Below, piece by piece: positions 40,537 through 54,827 of a DNA stretch of 64,000 nt; position 1 is the first letter of the stretch, and the number at the start of each line of letters is the position of its first letter. The DNA is from Octopus vulgaris (Eukaryota), in assembly GCA_951406725.2 (NCBI GenBank), contig OX597818.1, positions 1,364,001-1,428,000 of the forward strand, written 5' to 3'. A program made the translations under genes and the position numbers. Under the pieces are notes generated by a model that searched no databases, was not told the DNA's origin, and worked only from the letters and a program-made list of their open reading frames with translations.

Positions 40537-41815
40537 TCAGGTCATCCCATAAGTTCTGTCCGATTTTACCCTTTTTAAATTTGAATGAAATTTAATAGTA
40601 TTTTAGAATGTCTAATGGAAATAAATAATTGTGTTTATGCATTTGTGTAATTTAAAACTAATTAAATATTATTTTACAGAATAATATAATTAAAATTTCT
40701 TTGATTAAAACCCTTTCTAACATGGAAGTATCCAAAGAGCATTTGAGGTACAAAATGCTTAATGTGTATTAAAAAGGAAACTCTGACCGAAGCGACTCAA
40801 AACATACAGTTTATGGGAAAGAATGCTTGAATGAAAGAACTGCAGAAGATGGCTTGCAAAATTCAGAAGTGGAGATTTCAGCCTTGAAGATGAAGATCGA
40901 ACAGGACGTCCAGCTGATTTGATGATAAGCTCCTTGAAGCATTACTTGAAAAAAATCCTGCATTATCAGCTGAAGAATTGGCAATAAAGCTTAGTTCAAA
41001 CCATACAACTATTCGTTGTCATCTTCAACAACTTGAAAAGGTTCTTAAACTTGGAAAATGGGTACCTCATGAATTGTCCAAAAGCAACCGCTAATCCCGA
41101 GTTGACATCTGCTCTTCTCTCCATTCTCGCGAACACATTTCTCCCTTTTTGGATAGACTTGTGACTGGTGACGAAAAATGGATCTTCTATAGAAATGTTA
41201 AACGTCGTAAACTGGCTTGGTAAAAGGGGAAAAGCTCAACCACAACCGAGAAGGGAACTTCATGGGAAAAAGGTTCTTCTCTCTATGTGGTGGGATTGCA
41301 AAGGAGTAATTCGCTTTGAATTGTTACCACCTAATGCAACAATCAATGCTCAAGTCTACTGTCGGCAATTAGAGCGTTTGAACCAAGCTTTGAAGAAAAA
41401 AAGACCTGCTTTAGTGAATCGAAAAGGAGTGATGTTTCATCAGGACAATGCGCGACCACACACTGCAAAGGTCACATCACAGAAAATCGAGGAGCTTGGT
41501 TGGGAAAAAATTCCTCATCCACCTTATTCTCCCGACCTTACTCCTTCAAACTACCATTTGTTTCGTAGTTTACAGAATGATTTGGGGGACATAGCTTTCG
41601 CAAGCCAGGAGGAGGTCGAAACTGACATTTCAGAGTTCTTCACTTTGAAACCAAAAGAGTTTTACATTGATGGGATGAAAACGCTTGTAAATAGATGGAA
41701 TGAGGTCATAGATAATCAGGGAAAGTACATTGGGGATTAAATTTCAATTAAATATAACATTTGATCACTTGTTTTCTTTATTCAAAATTCGAAAAGAACT
41801 TATAGGATGGCCTGA
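40537..41815 (+). mobile_element. full-length decayed mariner transposon
   Basis: TA|tcaggtcatcccataagttct ... agaacttataggatggcctga|TA terminal inverted repeats with TA target duplication. Confidence 0.95.
40722..41740 (+). pseudogene. mariner transposase with frameshifts and stops
   Basis: WVPHEL, VTGDEKWI, FHQDNARPH, PPYSPDLTPSNYHLF. Confidence 0.95.
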
Positions 41816-42753
41816 TATTAAAGGATTGGTGAAACTGTGAAAGCTTCTCGCCTTCAACAACAAAATTTTCTCTCAGCAACTGAGATCAAGTCTCAGGAAA
41901 ATTGTGTGCCTACCGCTCAAAACCTACAAACTCTATCACAGTTTTATAGCAACAGATTTGTTTTTACTTGCTTTTAATTTATTAATATTTATATATTAAT
42001 GAAGGTGGTTGTTGGATTGACCCAAAAAGCACAGCCTATTTTACATTCTTGCAGAGTCATTAAAGTATGCCAGGTCATATTAAAATAGATACCACTAAAG
42101 TATCGTGCTCATGTAAACAACTGCAGTACCATCTCCCCAGAATATGTAGTCTTTTGTCTCTGATGGAAATTATCATTTTCATATTTATAACTTTTCCATT
42201 AAACATCACGTAACCATTTTTTTTTTGTCACAATCTTGCTCTCCGACTTAATTAAGGCTCCTGGTATAGAATAACAAACACCACCACCATTTTGCACGAT
42301 GCTTGAAGACTTCAAAATTTGAAATAAATCTATGGTTGTTGATTTGTTAAAGAAGATATCAGTTCATTTCCCACTGCAGTCGTTTTCTTGTGCTTAAGGA
42401 TAATTCTCTTTCCAGTTGTTAACTCGTACATGAATAATTGATCTTTTCTGAGAATATGCTGTAAAATTGCATCGTATCCAAACGAAGAAGTGGTTTTCAT
42501 AAGGACAGCTGGCAATCTTGGATACCTTGGTATTGACCCATTTAACTATCAAAAGACTCCATTCTTTGACCAATAAAGAAATGACTACTACAAGAATTCT
42601 TAACAAAAAGAGTGTGTAGGAAAATATTGAAATTAGTGGAAGATATTTTTTCTTTTTGGTAAGCTGAAGGAGCATTCATAGGAGTGAAAAAGTATCAACT
42701 TTGTACAAGCTCACATGATTAAGAAGGGATGATTTTATTTATTATTACTATTA

Positions 42754-42809
<56 letters not shown>

Positions 42810-43986
42810 CGTGCGAGCGTGTGTGTGTGTATGTGTGTTATAATGTCCATTTTTCATGTTTAAAAGTTATTATTTCACTCACGTAAATTTAATATATATC
42901 CGTTTTAGAAGTATAATTGTATTATTTCCCTTTCATCTTCAACCGATTTATGTAATTACAGGGACGAGCGTAACTACTTAGTGACCTAATTTGATCTATT
43001 TCTAACAACTTGTATATTGAGATATGTATAAACTGGGAAGTTACAAACTTCTAAACACAAAATTTCAGCAATGAAGGTTATAAACACATTTCAAAGTTGT
43101 GTTTATTACATTTTTCACCGTGCTGTTAAGTTGAAAGTCATTGTTAGACAACAAATGGATTGCTAAGAGAAACATTAATAGCTAAATAATGTAGATCCTT
43201 AGTGGCCTCTTATATGATTAACGAAATTAAGGCCGACTGTTTGAACAGAGATTAAGAAATAGTTACAAGTTTTGTAGGTGAACGGTGTATAGTTTGAAAC
43301 CGGGGGGAACGTAATAGGATAGTTTCACCAGTCACTCATTTCTTTAATAGAACAGTTTACTTAAGCAAAAGTACTGAAAATTTTATCAATGCTTAAACTT
43401 GTTTGGGAATCTGGGATTTACATCAATATTCTGTGAGTGAACATTTTAACGATAACAAGTTATTTGTCACGAGTAATAGTTGGGTGAATGTGGATTATCA
43501 CTCAAAATACTGCTAACTTTAAGATGTTTAGAGCAAATGGAGACTTTAAAGTTATGATGTAAAAAATATAAATAGTTTTAAAAGTCAACAGGTGAAAAAG
43601 GTGCAGCAGTATTTGGAAAAGAATTCGAATTTGTGTAAACGATAAATTCAAAAGCGTTTTCTAAGTGAGCCAGTCAAACGACTAACACTTCCGTTCTAAT
43701 GTCACCGTTTTAATGTCAAGCAGTAACAGGAGACGGAGTTAGAAAATAGCAATTAACATCTAAGTATTTAACGTTACATTTCGCAAATGTATATCAACAG
43801 AAATTAAAATGTTTGAGAAATCTTAGTTTTGTGATTGGTGTCAAATATAAGTTCATCAGAGTATTAAGGTTCCCGAAGAAAGCTTTCAAAAATATAGCAG
43901 AGAATCACTTCCATAAGATAACTGTAAATATGTGTAATAAAAGTGATGTTGAAAGATTGTGTCAACAAACTGATTCACGTAAATCG

Positions 43987-44041
<55 letters not shown>

Positions 44042-44132
44042 CAACCGACGAGCCATCGACGAAACAATATATATTTTGCCGGACTAACGATTAGGGATTA
44101 AATATATTTTTCCTATTTATGTTATGTGTATG

Positions 44133-44183
<51 letters not shown>

Positions 44184-44190
44184 TTCTAGT

Positions 44191-44617
44191 GGAGGCGCAT
44201 TGGCGGACTCGTAGGATCGCGGTTTCGATTCCCTGACCGGACATTGTGAGTGTTTATTGAGCGACCCTGCTGTACTCTTTCACCACAACTTTCTCTCACT
44301 CTTTCTTCCTGTTTCTATTGTACCTGTATTTCAAAGGGCCAGCCTTGTCACACTCTGTGTCACGCTGAATCTCCCCGAGAACTACGTTATGGGTACACAT
44401 GTCTGTGGAGTGCTCGCCACTTGCACGTTAATAAAGGAGCTGCGACGTCAGTGGTGCGAGGCTGTATCGGCCTTTGCCTTTCCCTTGGATAACATCGGTG
44501 ACGTAGAGAGGGGAGGCTGGTATGCACGCGCGACCGCTGGTTTTCCATAAACAACCTTGTACCTCGGAGGGTAACTTTCTAGGTGCAATCCCATGGTCAT
44601 TCATGACCGAAAAGGGT
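44191..44617 (+). mobile_element. probable tRNA-type SINE, family C
   Basis: GC-rich island starting GGAGGCGCATTGGC, with B-box-like GGTTTCGATTCCC. Single copy in this window. Confidence 0.55.
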
Positions 44618-44634
44618 AAACAAAAATATATACT

Positions 44635-44720
<86 letters not shown>

Positions 44721-44726
<6 letters not shown>

Positions 44727-45017
44727 GGACAAGAACACAAAACATCTGGACAACTAGGTGATACAAAAAGGGACAACAAAACATCCAGATAGACGATACA
44801 GAAAAACAAGGACGAGTCATTCGAAGCCTTTTATCCTCAGTCAAGAACCGGATCATCCTCGCAATTTCGGCTGATTAATCCTGAGATTGCTATAATCTGG
44901 CCAGCCTCAAGGAAAAACTAAGCTAAGAGCATTACATTCCTTGGAAAAAATCATCGGATGTATACGGAAACAAGGACGGAAACACAGACGATGTTACACG
45001 AGTATAAATACAAAAAT

Positions 45018-45116
<99 letters not shown>

Positions 45117-45915
45117 GGACATAACAACAGGTGTCTTTCGACTGGGGACGAATTGAATTCAGCTAGCGTGTATGGAAATGAAGCCTTACGGCATGGATAT
45201 AAAGCTTTCACGAACACAGGGAAGAATATCGATGTAGCAGTGACCACGGTCAGATGCAAAAAGAGGGCTAGCAGTCTGGCCTCTCAGTCACGTGAAAAGA
45301 GAAGAGAGAGGAAAAAGGAGGAACAAAAGAATTAAGGAGGGGAAGGAGAAGAGAGAGAGAGAGAGAATGGGGAGAGTTGTTTTGTTGCTCCTGTTTGACC
45401 AAGTGTAATGGTATCTATGGTAGATATGTATGTGTGTTGATTATTTCTATTAGTAGAGTTGTAGTTATGTGAGTTTTGATAGTAAAGAGAGAGCTTTTGT
45501 TTATTCGAGGCTACTACAATAGATTAAAAGTTAGGTGAGTTAGAATAAGATAGCTTCAGGGTGGATCGATTAAAGATAGAATGATATTTATGTTGTCGAG
45601 GGAAGTTAGAGTCTAGTATCCTAAAGAAGGATATAGCTAGGTTATTAACGTCAAGTGAGAATGGTGGTGTGTACCATAAAATAGAGCGACCGCCACTTTT
45701 TTTAGGGGGTCTAAATTGTTAGATAAATGAGTGTTATCTAACTTTTTGTGTAGGGTGTGTTATAAGCGAGGCCTGTTAGTGTTAGTTGTTTTATTTGTTT
45801 TAGTATTTGACCTATTGTTAAATGAATGTGTGTGGGGTCTACATTGTCTGGATGCAATGGCTTCCATGGTCTCATCAACTGTGTGTGTTTGGTTGCGGTT
45901 GTGGTGGTTGTTGCG
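44721..45915 (-). mobile_element. family Z element carrying a Penelope linker remnant
   Basis: Minus strand 45700-45492 reads RSILWYTPPFSLDVNN...ILDSNFPRQHKYHSIFNRSTLKLSYSNSPN, homologous to 51540-51720. TA on both sides. Confidence 0.8.
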
Positions 45916-45919
45916 TGTT

Positions 45920-45960
<41 letters not shown>

Positions 45961-46270
45961 GTAGGTCCCGGCTTGAGTCGGGGTTAACCACAGTTAATAA
46001 GGTACTCAATACATAGCAGAGTAAATTAATTTATTTTATAGAAGGAGCTTCTACAGGACTAGAACTGTTTCATTCAAATGAAATCTTCAGGAAGCTTGCT
46101 GTCAAAATCAGTTTTGGCATTTATACATTTAGGCAGATTTAATGGGGTGGTGGTGGGGGACTTTTTTGGGTAAGCAGGACACAAATTATCTTTCTTAGGG
46201 GAGTGGTCAAAAGAATCAGTGATAAAGTAGATAAATGAATAAATAGAATAATAGAATAGAGTTTTAGGTA
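45961..46270 (-). mobile_element. family V 3' terminal element with hammerhead motif (46045-46097)
   Basis: Minus strand reads AGCTTC-CTGAAGA-TTTC(ATTT)GAAT-GAAACAGTTC...GAAGCT. Ends at (TA)n. Confidence 0.8.
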
Positions 46271-46299
46271 AATAAGAAGACTATCGCTTATATATATAT

Positions 46300-46410
<111 letters not shown>

Positions 46411-46563
46411 CACATACTCATACATACACACACACATATATACATACACACATATACATATATATACAAATACACATACACATACATGCCAACATGCAAG
46501 CACACGCACACATATCTCTACACATATATATATATAAAAAAATATATATATATACACACCCAT

Positions 46564-46596
<33 letters not shown>

Positions 46597-47205
46597 CATA
46601 TCTCTATATATATATATACATGCACATATATACACACACATTTCCTCCCTTATTTTATTTTTATTTTTATTTTTATTTTGACCTCTTCAGAGTCTAAAGG
46701 GTGTAACATATGACCTACCTACCCGCCGACACACATTTAGTGGCGCTGGAGTAGACCCTCCCCAGGGTGCCAGCAGGCCTAAATGAAATCTATTTACCGC
46801 CCCTCTCCCTTCCTTTCTATCTCTTTTCCTACGGATACAAACGCAAACACTCACACACACACACACTCACACGCACACTCATACACATGTTCTCTCGCTC
46901 ATTTCCTTCTCATCCACTCATACTTATGTATGTATCTCTCTCTACACAAGCACATATATATATATATACATATATATGTATATATGTATACACATACATA
47001 TACACACACAAGTACACATATTCATACATACATAAATGTACCCACTTATACATAAACGTATACATAACTATATACACACAAAACCACATACATACAAATA
47101 CATATCTACACACATACACATACATATATATATACAGAAATCTACAAGTCCAAAATAAAATAAGGGAGGAAATATGTGTGTATATATGTGCATGTATACA
47201 TATAT

Positions 47206-47251
<46 letters not shown>

Positions 47252-48074
47252 GTATATATGTATATATATATATACAAAAGAAATAAATTACAAGCTGCTC
47301 GCCTGAAATGTTGCTGTTCTCCGTTATTTGGGTGTTAAAAGTAAGAGTCTCAGAATGTTGAGAATGTTTGAGAAAAACACCTTTGTAAGAGATGTATCTT
47401 TGTAGCAGTTCACGTATGTTTGAAGGATATATATATATATATGTATATATATATACAGGTAAATAAGTAGATAGATAAATAGGTAAGTATATATACGTAT
47501 ACACACAAACACTCACACACGCACACACATATATACCATATTATCATAGAGAGAAAGAGGTGCAGATTGGCGGATAGAAGAAAGGACAGGTAGATATATA
47601 TAGGTAAATCAGTAGATAGATAAATAAGTAAATAAACAGACAGGGAGATTGGTGGAGAGAAAGTGAGAGATAGATATAGTGAGAGATGGCGAAAGAAAAA
47701 CAGACAGAGCATATAATGAGGTCTGTCAAGAGCGTTTTGAGACTCAGTGTCAGCAAAATATGTTGTAAAAGGGAATTCAATCCTTTGTCTGTTTATGTAT
47801 ACATGTAACATGTTTTTGTTGTCAGGTGGTATTAATTACGTAATCACTTGGGAAGGAATTAGCAGCAGGCATTGCTTTTGAAAATCTTCATGTTGTAGAA
47901 ATGTTTCCTCTAATTACTGACTGAACAAAATGTCAAAAGTCTCTGGTTTAAGAATATGGTTTTGATTCCATAAGTTAGAGAAGTACGTCTGTATAACAGA
48001 TACACTGAATGAACTTTGGGAACTTCGCTCAATAAACATGGCCGCAAATAATTTTCCGTTTGAGGTTCAGGTAC

Positions 48075-48484
48075 TGACAACTTTATTCTCTAGAAAAACG
48101 CCACCGCCGTGGTGATCTCATTCTCGCTCACAACATCATAAGCGGAAAGTGTAACCTCTCGAAAGAGCTGTTCTTCACTCCTGCTCCAGAGCGTCGGCTG
48201 CGGGGGTCATTCCGAAAAGCTCTATCTGCGACGATTTCATCTCAATCGAAGGAGAGGAGCTTTCTCCGTCCGGGTTGCGGATCCGTGGAACAAGCTGCCA
48301 GACGAGATGGTGAAGATGCCGACGACCGCTTTGTTCAAAGTCTCCCTTGATCTCAAGTGGCCTGAACTCTTTACATGAACACCACCCTGTACATAACTCC
48401 ATGTCCCCCTACATGGCCTTGCTTTTTGCTTTTTGAGCCAAAAAAATTAACTAACTAATTAACTAACTAACTAACTAACTAACT
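48075..48484 (+). mobile_element. CR1-type LINE 3' end with (TAAC)n tail
   Basis: RRGDLI...GHSEKLYLRRFHLNRRRGAFSVRVADPWNKLPDEMV...FKVSLD. Stop near 48378. Confidence 0.9.
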
Positions 48485-49399
48485 GGATAAGAAATCGTAA
48501 CTTCATGTAAAGTAATGAACAACTTATAATTTCATTGCATCGTGTTAGAGTCATTTAGGCATTTATAATACAAACAGATCTCGTTATTTTCGCTGTTGTT
48601 TTATCTTGCGCAATGTGCAATGTGCAATGTACTATGTGCATCTTCTCGTATATCTATAACATACTGAAACGCTTCCCATAATCACTGGTGCATCACTATC
48701 GATACAAATATTTCACTTTCAACACACAATCTAACATTACGACACTTGCTAAGATTTATTCAGCATGGACTGCCTATTGCTGTGACGAGACAGACTAAAC
48801 TATTCCCAGAAATATTAATTTTATTGAGATTTATGGAGACATGTCGATTATTTTATGAAAAGTATAATAATCATCAAAAAGAAAAGTAGTTGAAATAGTC
48901 CTAAAACCAAAGGCATTTGACATATTCGTGTGAATGTTAAAGATGGTATTATTCATTTGTCAAGCTTTTGTATTACTACAAGTTAGAACTCTTTCATTTT
49001 GAGTAGAATAAAAGATCTCTAAGATAAAATTGGCAAACCAATTTAATTATGAATCCTTAGATATGTGTGGATTTTAATACTGAAGATATATTTCCGCAGG
49101 GAGATTAGTCCATGATTGTTTTCAGTAAATATTCGCAAATATTATGATAAAGCGATTGACACCTGATCCGAACACGGATACATAAAAACAAAGTTAAATA
49201 ATAAAATTGAAGGACATAATAAAATTCAGATCGTGTACACTAGCAGAAAATCATTTCGATATATAGTTTTAATAGTTTATATTTCTCTAAAGACAAATGG
49301 GTTTATTGTTTTAGGTAAAGGCTGTCCTGTGAGAATGAGAGAAGTCATCTTTAAGAGGAACTAATTAAAGTTTCACGCATCCATTTTCAAGTAAGTTAT

Positions 49400-49995
49400 A
49401 TCTTAATAATTCTAATGCGCATTCTACAACTATCTCTATTCTCCCTTTATTCCGCTATTATTATTCTTTCTTTTTGTTTTTCTTCTCCTCCCCTTCACTG
49501 TTCTCTTTCTCTCCCTCTTTTTCCCTCCCTCTTCCTCCGTGACTCTCTCAGTGCTCACACGTGACCAGCGATTATCGTTCTTTGTTCCTCTTGCTTTACA
49601 AGAGACAAGACCTACTTTTGCCTGTCTCCTATAATAGTCCTTTCTCCAGCGTTCGCCACATTACATCGTTATGGCTTAACAGCCCTTACCGTTTTTTTTA
49701 CTGTTTTGTTCTTACTGTCCTGTTTTTGTTACCATTTTAACCCTCAGCAAAATCTCAAATTTCATTTAATTTGCTTTGCGAGAACGACTGTTTTGGCAAA
49801 GTCGCATATTATCCCAACGTTCGAAACGCGGAGTAGATAAAACAGGGGGCAACTCATGACGGGATTGTTTTTTATGTTGCCTGTCTCGTTTCACTATTTG
49901 TTTCTTTCGTTGTTCGAAAAAAGTTCGTTTTCCATGTTTGTGTTTTTTGTGTTCTCGTTTTTCATTTTGTTCAGTCTTTTTACGTTCTGTACCCA
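49400..49995 (+). mobile_element. probable Penelope-type 3' terminal element related to 25335-25600
   Basis: Both share ttcgaaacg..gagtagat.aaac and a T-rich tail that ends at a TA/TG tract. Confidence 0.5.
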
Positions 49996-50063
49996 TATAT
50001 GCATGTATATATACATATATATGTAGGTGTGTACGTATGTGTATGTATATATGCATATATATA

Positions 50064-50112
<49 letters not shown>

Positions 50113-50484
50113 TGTGTGCGTGTTTGTGTGTGTTTATGCGTGTGTGAAATACAAAGTGAACTACTAATGCAGAGACAGAACAGTAGTTGAATTTACCTTG
50201 TACTTGAAATACGAGGTAAAACTTCAACTATTGTTCGTCTTCATTTTTGTTATTCACTTTCTATTTCATTTCGCAGTTTTAGTCTTATCAAGATTATGTA
50301 ATTTAATATCACACAATGCTTCACCCAAACTACTCTATTCTAACACACACACGCGTGCACGCACATACACGCGCGTGCGCACTCACACACACATGCACAT
50401 ACACTCACACACACACATCTAAATATATATATAATATATATGTGTGTGTGTGTGTGTGTGCGCGTGTGTGTGTGTGTGTGCATT

Positions 50485-52320
50485 TTTCCCTTGTTAACAA
50501 TTAACACGAAAAAATAGATAAATAGTTACCAGGATAGCAAAAAATCAAACAAGTAAAGGGGGTGTAACTCCTTGTTTTTAAAGGTAGACACTCCAGGTTT
50601 ACGTTAAATATTTTGTATAATATGCATATAAATAAATAAATGGAGTTAAATCCACGTGTTATTCAAATTCTTTTACTTTCGACACATGTTTCGAAGATAT
50701 CACTAGTATTATTCCAAAGGAATAAAATGGCGTAAAACAACGTAATCTTCTCTCCAGGGAAGTGAAGAAATGAAACTCGTCAGTAAGACCTTTTAACAGA
50801 ATATGATGGATATGTATAGTAATTAATTGAACGCTATTAAGTTTAAAAGAAGAACGTTAGGGGATATAACGTCAAAAGTAGCCTATAAGAAAGAGGAGGG
50901 GTAAATGAAAGAAAAAACCAAATAAATGAGAAATATATAACGATATATAAAGTAATGATATATGAAAATGATATATCTAGTGAATGTGAAATGTAAGAAG
51001 AAAATTAATGTTTAAATTATATATAATGATAGATATCACTTATATGAACTAAAGGTGTTTTTCTGCCAATGTTTACATCGGTATGCACGCTCTATAAACG
51101 TGTTTACAAAGGATTTTTAGAAAAAAGAATAAAAATAGTTCAGAATTACAGAGAAGACAGAATTCCTTGCCTTTATCATAATGGATCGAAATTGAGAGAA
51201 TCAACCAATCTAAATTAAATTGTTTATTGTGATCTTTTAGATACCAAATTAATTTACTAAGCCCTGTACTGTTACGTTTATTCCTATCCCTAAATGTAGT
51301 GTAATGATTAGAAATTCTTTTAGATAACTGAGAAGAGGAACTGCCTATATAAAGAAATACATCGTTACCTGAAGTAATTTTACACTGATATAGAGAACTT
51401 TTAATTTTAGAGTTACTTGGCATAAACTTGATTCTCTTGTAATTGACTTCAGATACAATAACCTTGTTATTAATATTTCTAGGGGATGGTTGGTATTAGC
51501 TAAATTAATGTTAGTATTAGTAAATGTATCCCTATTAAACAGGCTAATATTATATGAGGAGATAATTTGTAAGATATTTTTTGTGTTGGAAAAACCAATC
51601 CTAACCGTGTGTGAATTGATAACAGGGTAATACCTAGAATTCGTGGGAAAATTCCTAATAATAGCTTCGCGAAACGGCAAAGGAAGATTAGAATAAATGT
51701 GCCTCCCATAAGGAATAATTAACCAAATAGTTTTAATATTTGTTACCTTAATTTTAGTGTAACTATCTTTGAAAGACAGATTTACCTTTAGAATGAAAAA
51801 AGAGGTTTAAATAAGGGTTATCTCCCTTCATCCGTCTGGTGTTAGCATATAAATTAAAATTGATATAGTTTATATCCTTACAATTAGATTTCATGTCTCC
51901 ATTATTAAAGGTAGAATAAGATTGAATGGAATTAGTGCAGGTAACTTTCTCTGTATAGCCTGCTTTAAGTAAGGCAGGGTTATAAAATTCGGCTTTATCT
52001 TTGAAAATGTCAATATAAGCAGATAATTTAGACAATCTAAATGAAATATTCTTAACTAAGTTCCTAGTAATTGCCCTAGAATGATTACTGAATTTGCTAA
52101 TATACTTAAGATTAGTCGATGGTTTGTGGTATGGGAAGTACGAATTATTGTGTAAGTTAAGTGTAATATCTAAAAAGTTGGCCTTCGTTACATCATCATC
52201 AAAAACGATGCTTAAGCCCATTCTACAGAAAACCAGTTTAAACACAAACCTTGAATGTGCTACATTCTATATAAATTCCTTACTGGCAATAACCAACTTT
52301 AAGAGAATCTTACATTGCCT
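50485..52320 (-). mobile_element. 5'-truncated Penelope-like element of a second clade (Naiad-like)
   Basis: NFLDITLNL...PYHKP...SNH (RT C-terminus), NFP..SRYYPVINSHTVRIGFS linker, LYQCKI...YIG...KRISNHY...CLLCNSE (GIY-YIG). Clade name from recalled motifs. Confidence 0.9.
50668..50769 (-). ncRNA. hammerhead-like motif in Penelope 3' region
   Basis: Minus strand reads TTCTTCACTTCC-CTGGAGA-GAAGAT...ATCTTC-GAAACATGTGTC-GAAAGTAAAAGAA. Confidence 0.65.
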
Positions 52321-52662
52321 ATAAACTTTACTTTTGGATGGACTCATATTAAACTCTGTTGGACTTTTTGGATTTTACTCAAAGGATTCTGTTGGACTTT
52401 TGGATTTTATACATTATGCCTATAAAACGGATTTATGAACTCAATAACCATACATATCTTACATCTATTTTCTTCCCTCCACCTCACTCTCTATTTATAT
52501 CACATCGAAACTAACTATAAATTAACTTTTCCTCTCACACTGCCTCCGATGAAGGGATATTATTATTAATTAATATTCTAGAAACAGATGTAAGACCTTC
52601 TATCTATAAATGCTCTAATATCTATACAGCCTTGGTTATTTTATCTCATTACGCAAAAAATT

Positions 52663-52663
<1 letters not shown>
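52321..52663 (+). mobile_element. Penelope-type 3' terminal region with hammerhead-like motif (52541-52596)
   Basis: GCCT-CCGATGA-AGGGATATT...AATATTCTA-GAAACAGATGTA-AGAC. Ends at a CA/TA tract. Confidence 0.65.
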
Positions 52664-52726
<63 letters not shown>

Positions 52727-52727
<1 letters not shown>

Positions 52728-52816
52728 TTTACTAAAAAGCAGCAAAAATATCACAAAAACTGTTAGTCAGAGTAGAGTCCCACGTTCCCGTTCGTCAGAC
52801 AACTCTGAGTAACAGT
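52727..52816 (-). mobile_element. tiny TA-anchored fold-back element with hammerhead remnant
   Basis: Inverted repeat 52759-52773 / 52802-52816. Minus strand reads CTGACGA-ACG(GGAA)CGT-GGGAC. Confidence 0.5.
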
Positions 52817-53142
52817 ATGGATGGCTGTAGTCAAATGACTGAAGCAATTAACAGAATAAAAGAATATATATATTAAAGAGAGAGGGAAGAGAAGAAAAAG
52901 AGCAAGGTAACGTCTTTTATTCTTTATTTTGACATGCCTCTCATAATACTCATAATTCTGTAGATTTCTCTTCATACTACTTTTGCTTTACATACTACCG
53001 TCCACAGTTTTGCTCCTAAGTAATTTAACCGTCTTTAAACTTTGCAGGATTAAACAGCACATATGACTATCTTTAGTCTCTTATATGAAAAATATAATAT
53101 TACAATATACATACGCACACATAAGTGTGTGTGTGTGTGTGA

Positions 53143-53184
<42 letters not shown>

Positions 53185-53251
53185 TGTGTGTGTATGTGTG
53201 TATACATACATACATATATATGCGCATGTATACGCATATATTTATATGCTA

Positions 53252-53456
53252 TTTTACTCTCTTTTACTTCTTTCAGTTATTTGAGTGTGGCCATGCTGGA
53301 GCACCGCCTTTAGTAGAGCAAATAGATCCCAGGACTTATTCTTTGTAAGTCTAGTACTTATTCTGTCGTTCTCTGTTGCCGAACCGCTAACGTACGGGGA
53401 CGTAAACACACCAGCATCGGTTGTCAAGCGATGTTGGGGGGTCAAACACAGACACA

Positions 53457-53513
<57 letters not shown>

Positions 53514-53642
53514 CCCAGGACTTATTATTTGTAAGCCTAGTACTTATTCTATCGTTCTCTTTTGCCGAACCGTTAACTTACGGGGACGTAAACACACCAG
53601 CATCGGCTGTCAAGCGATGTTGAGGGGACAAACACAGACACA

Positions 53643-53679
<37 letters not shown>

Positions 53680-53867
53680 ACATACACACATATATACTTA
53701 AATACGACGGGCTTTTTTCAGTTTCCGTCTACTAAATCCATTCACAAGGCTTTGGTCGGCCCGTGGCTATAGTAGAAGAGACTTGCCCAAGGTGCAACGC
53801 AGTGGGACTGAACCCGGAGCCATGTGGTTGGTAAGCAAGCTACTTACCACACAGCCACTCCTACGCC
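53252..53867 (-). mobile_element. SINE family A with an internal tandem duplication of about 186 bp
   Basis: Unit 53326-53511 is repeated from 53512. Confidence 0.9.
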
Positions 53868-53946
53868 TATGAATATATAAATATATATGTCAAAATATAC
53901 ATATATGATTTGTATGTCTATGTATGTATGTGTGTTTATATATATG

Positions 53947-54008
<62 letters not shown>

Positions 54009-54827
54009 TGTATGTTTGTATATATATGTGTGCGTGTGTTTGGAGTCGATAAAGTAAGCAACAATAAATCTCTGAGCGAGATATAAAGAAAGTGGGAGAC
54101 ACATGGTATGGGAGGCGGGAGTTAGATTAATAAACATACACTGGTGTGTTAATAAACATACATCTGTATGTTTTGTGCGTGTGCGAGAATATATGCTTGG
54201 CGTGTGTAGTTCCTTAGTACTCAAATACCGAATTCCTTATTGCTTTCAGTTATTAGAATGTAAGAATATGAGTCATTAAATTGTAATTTGATCCATACTT
54301 TCTTCCAACAAGTAAATGTGCATACAAGCACTCATTCACACACACATTCGTATACATGAACACACACACACCCACACACAAACACACATACATGTATACA
54401 TACATACAGACAAACTCTACACTATATTACACAAACCCGCATCTGCCCACACACATAAACACGCGCGAATGCTCACACATATACACACACTATCTCGTTT
54501 TCCCCTCTCTCTTCCCCCAGTCTCTCTCCCCCTCTGTCTCCCTCCTTTCGTCATGTACATTATCATTTGCATTCATTTGAATATAACTATAGAACCTGTA
54601 AACTATAAGATAGACAGACTTGAAGCAGACCTGAAATAGAAAGGGTATGTCATCGGTGAGCATGCAAAAAGCGACACAAGGACAAACCTAGCTCATTGAT
54701 TTGTTGACCGAAAGATTACTGAAACAATTGAGTAGTTAATAGATTAAATGGTTAACCAATTGACGAATAAAAAATCAGGAAGTGAAATAGAATCATTGTG
54801 TGTGCTTATTATTATCATAATGACTAT

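Noticed and set aside
41520-41565. Mariner third catalytic D replaced by N, as in domesticated SETMAR
   Set aside because: The ORF is broken elsewhere and a single transition explains the change.
42330-42675. Minus-strand ORFs with a hydrophobic stretch
   Set aside because: No recognisable family and no convincing pair of splice sites.
51073-51423. Selenocysteine recoding, as described for some Naiad elements
   Set aside because: The visible conserved cysteines are ordinary Cys in an open frame, with no in-frame TGA evidence.
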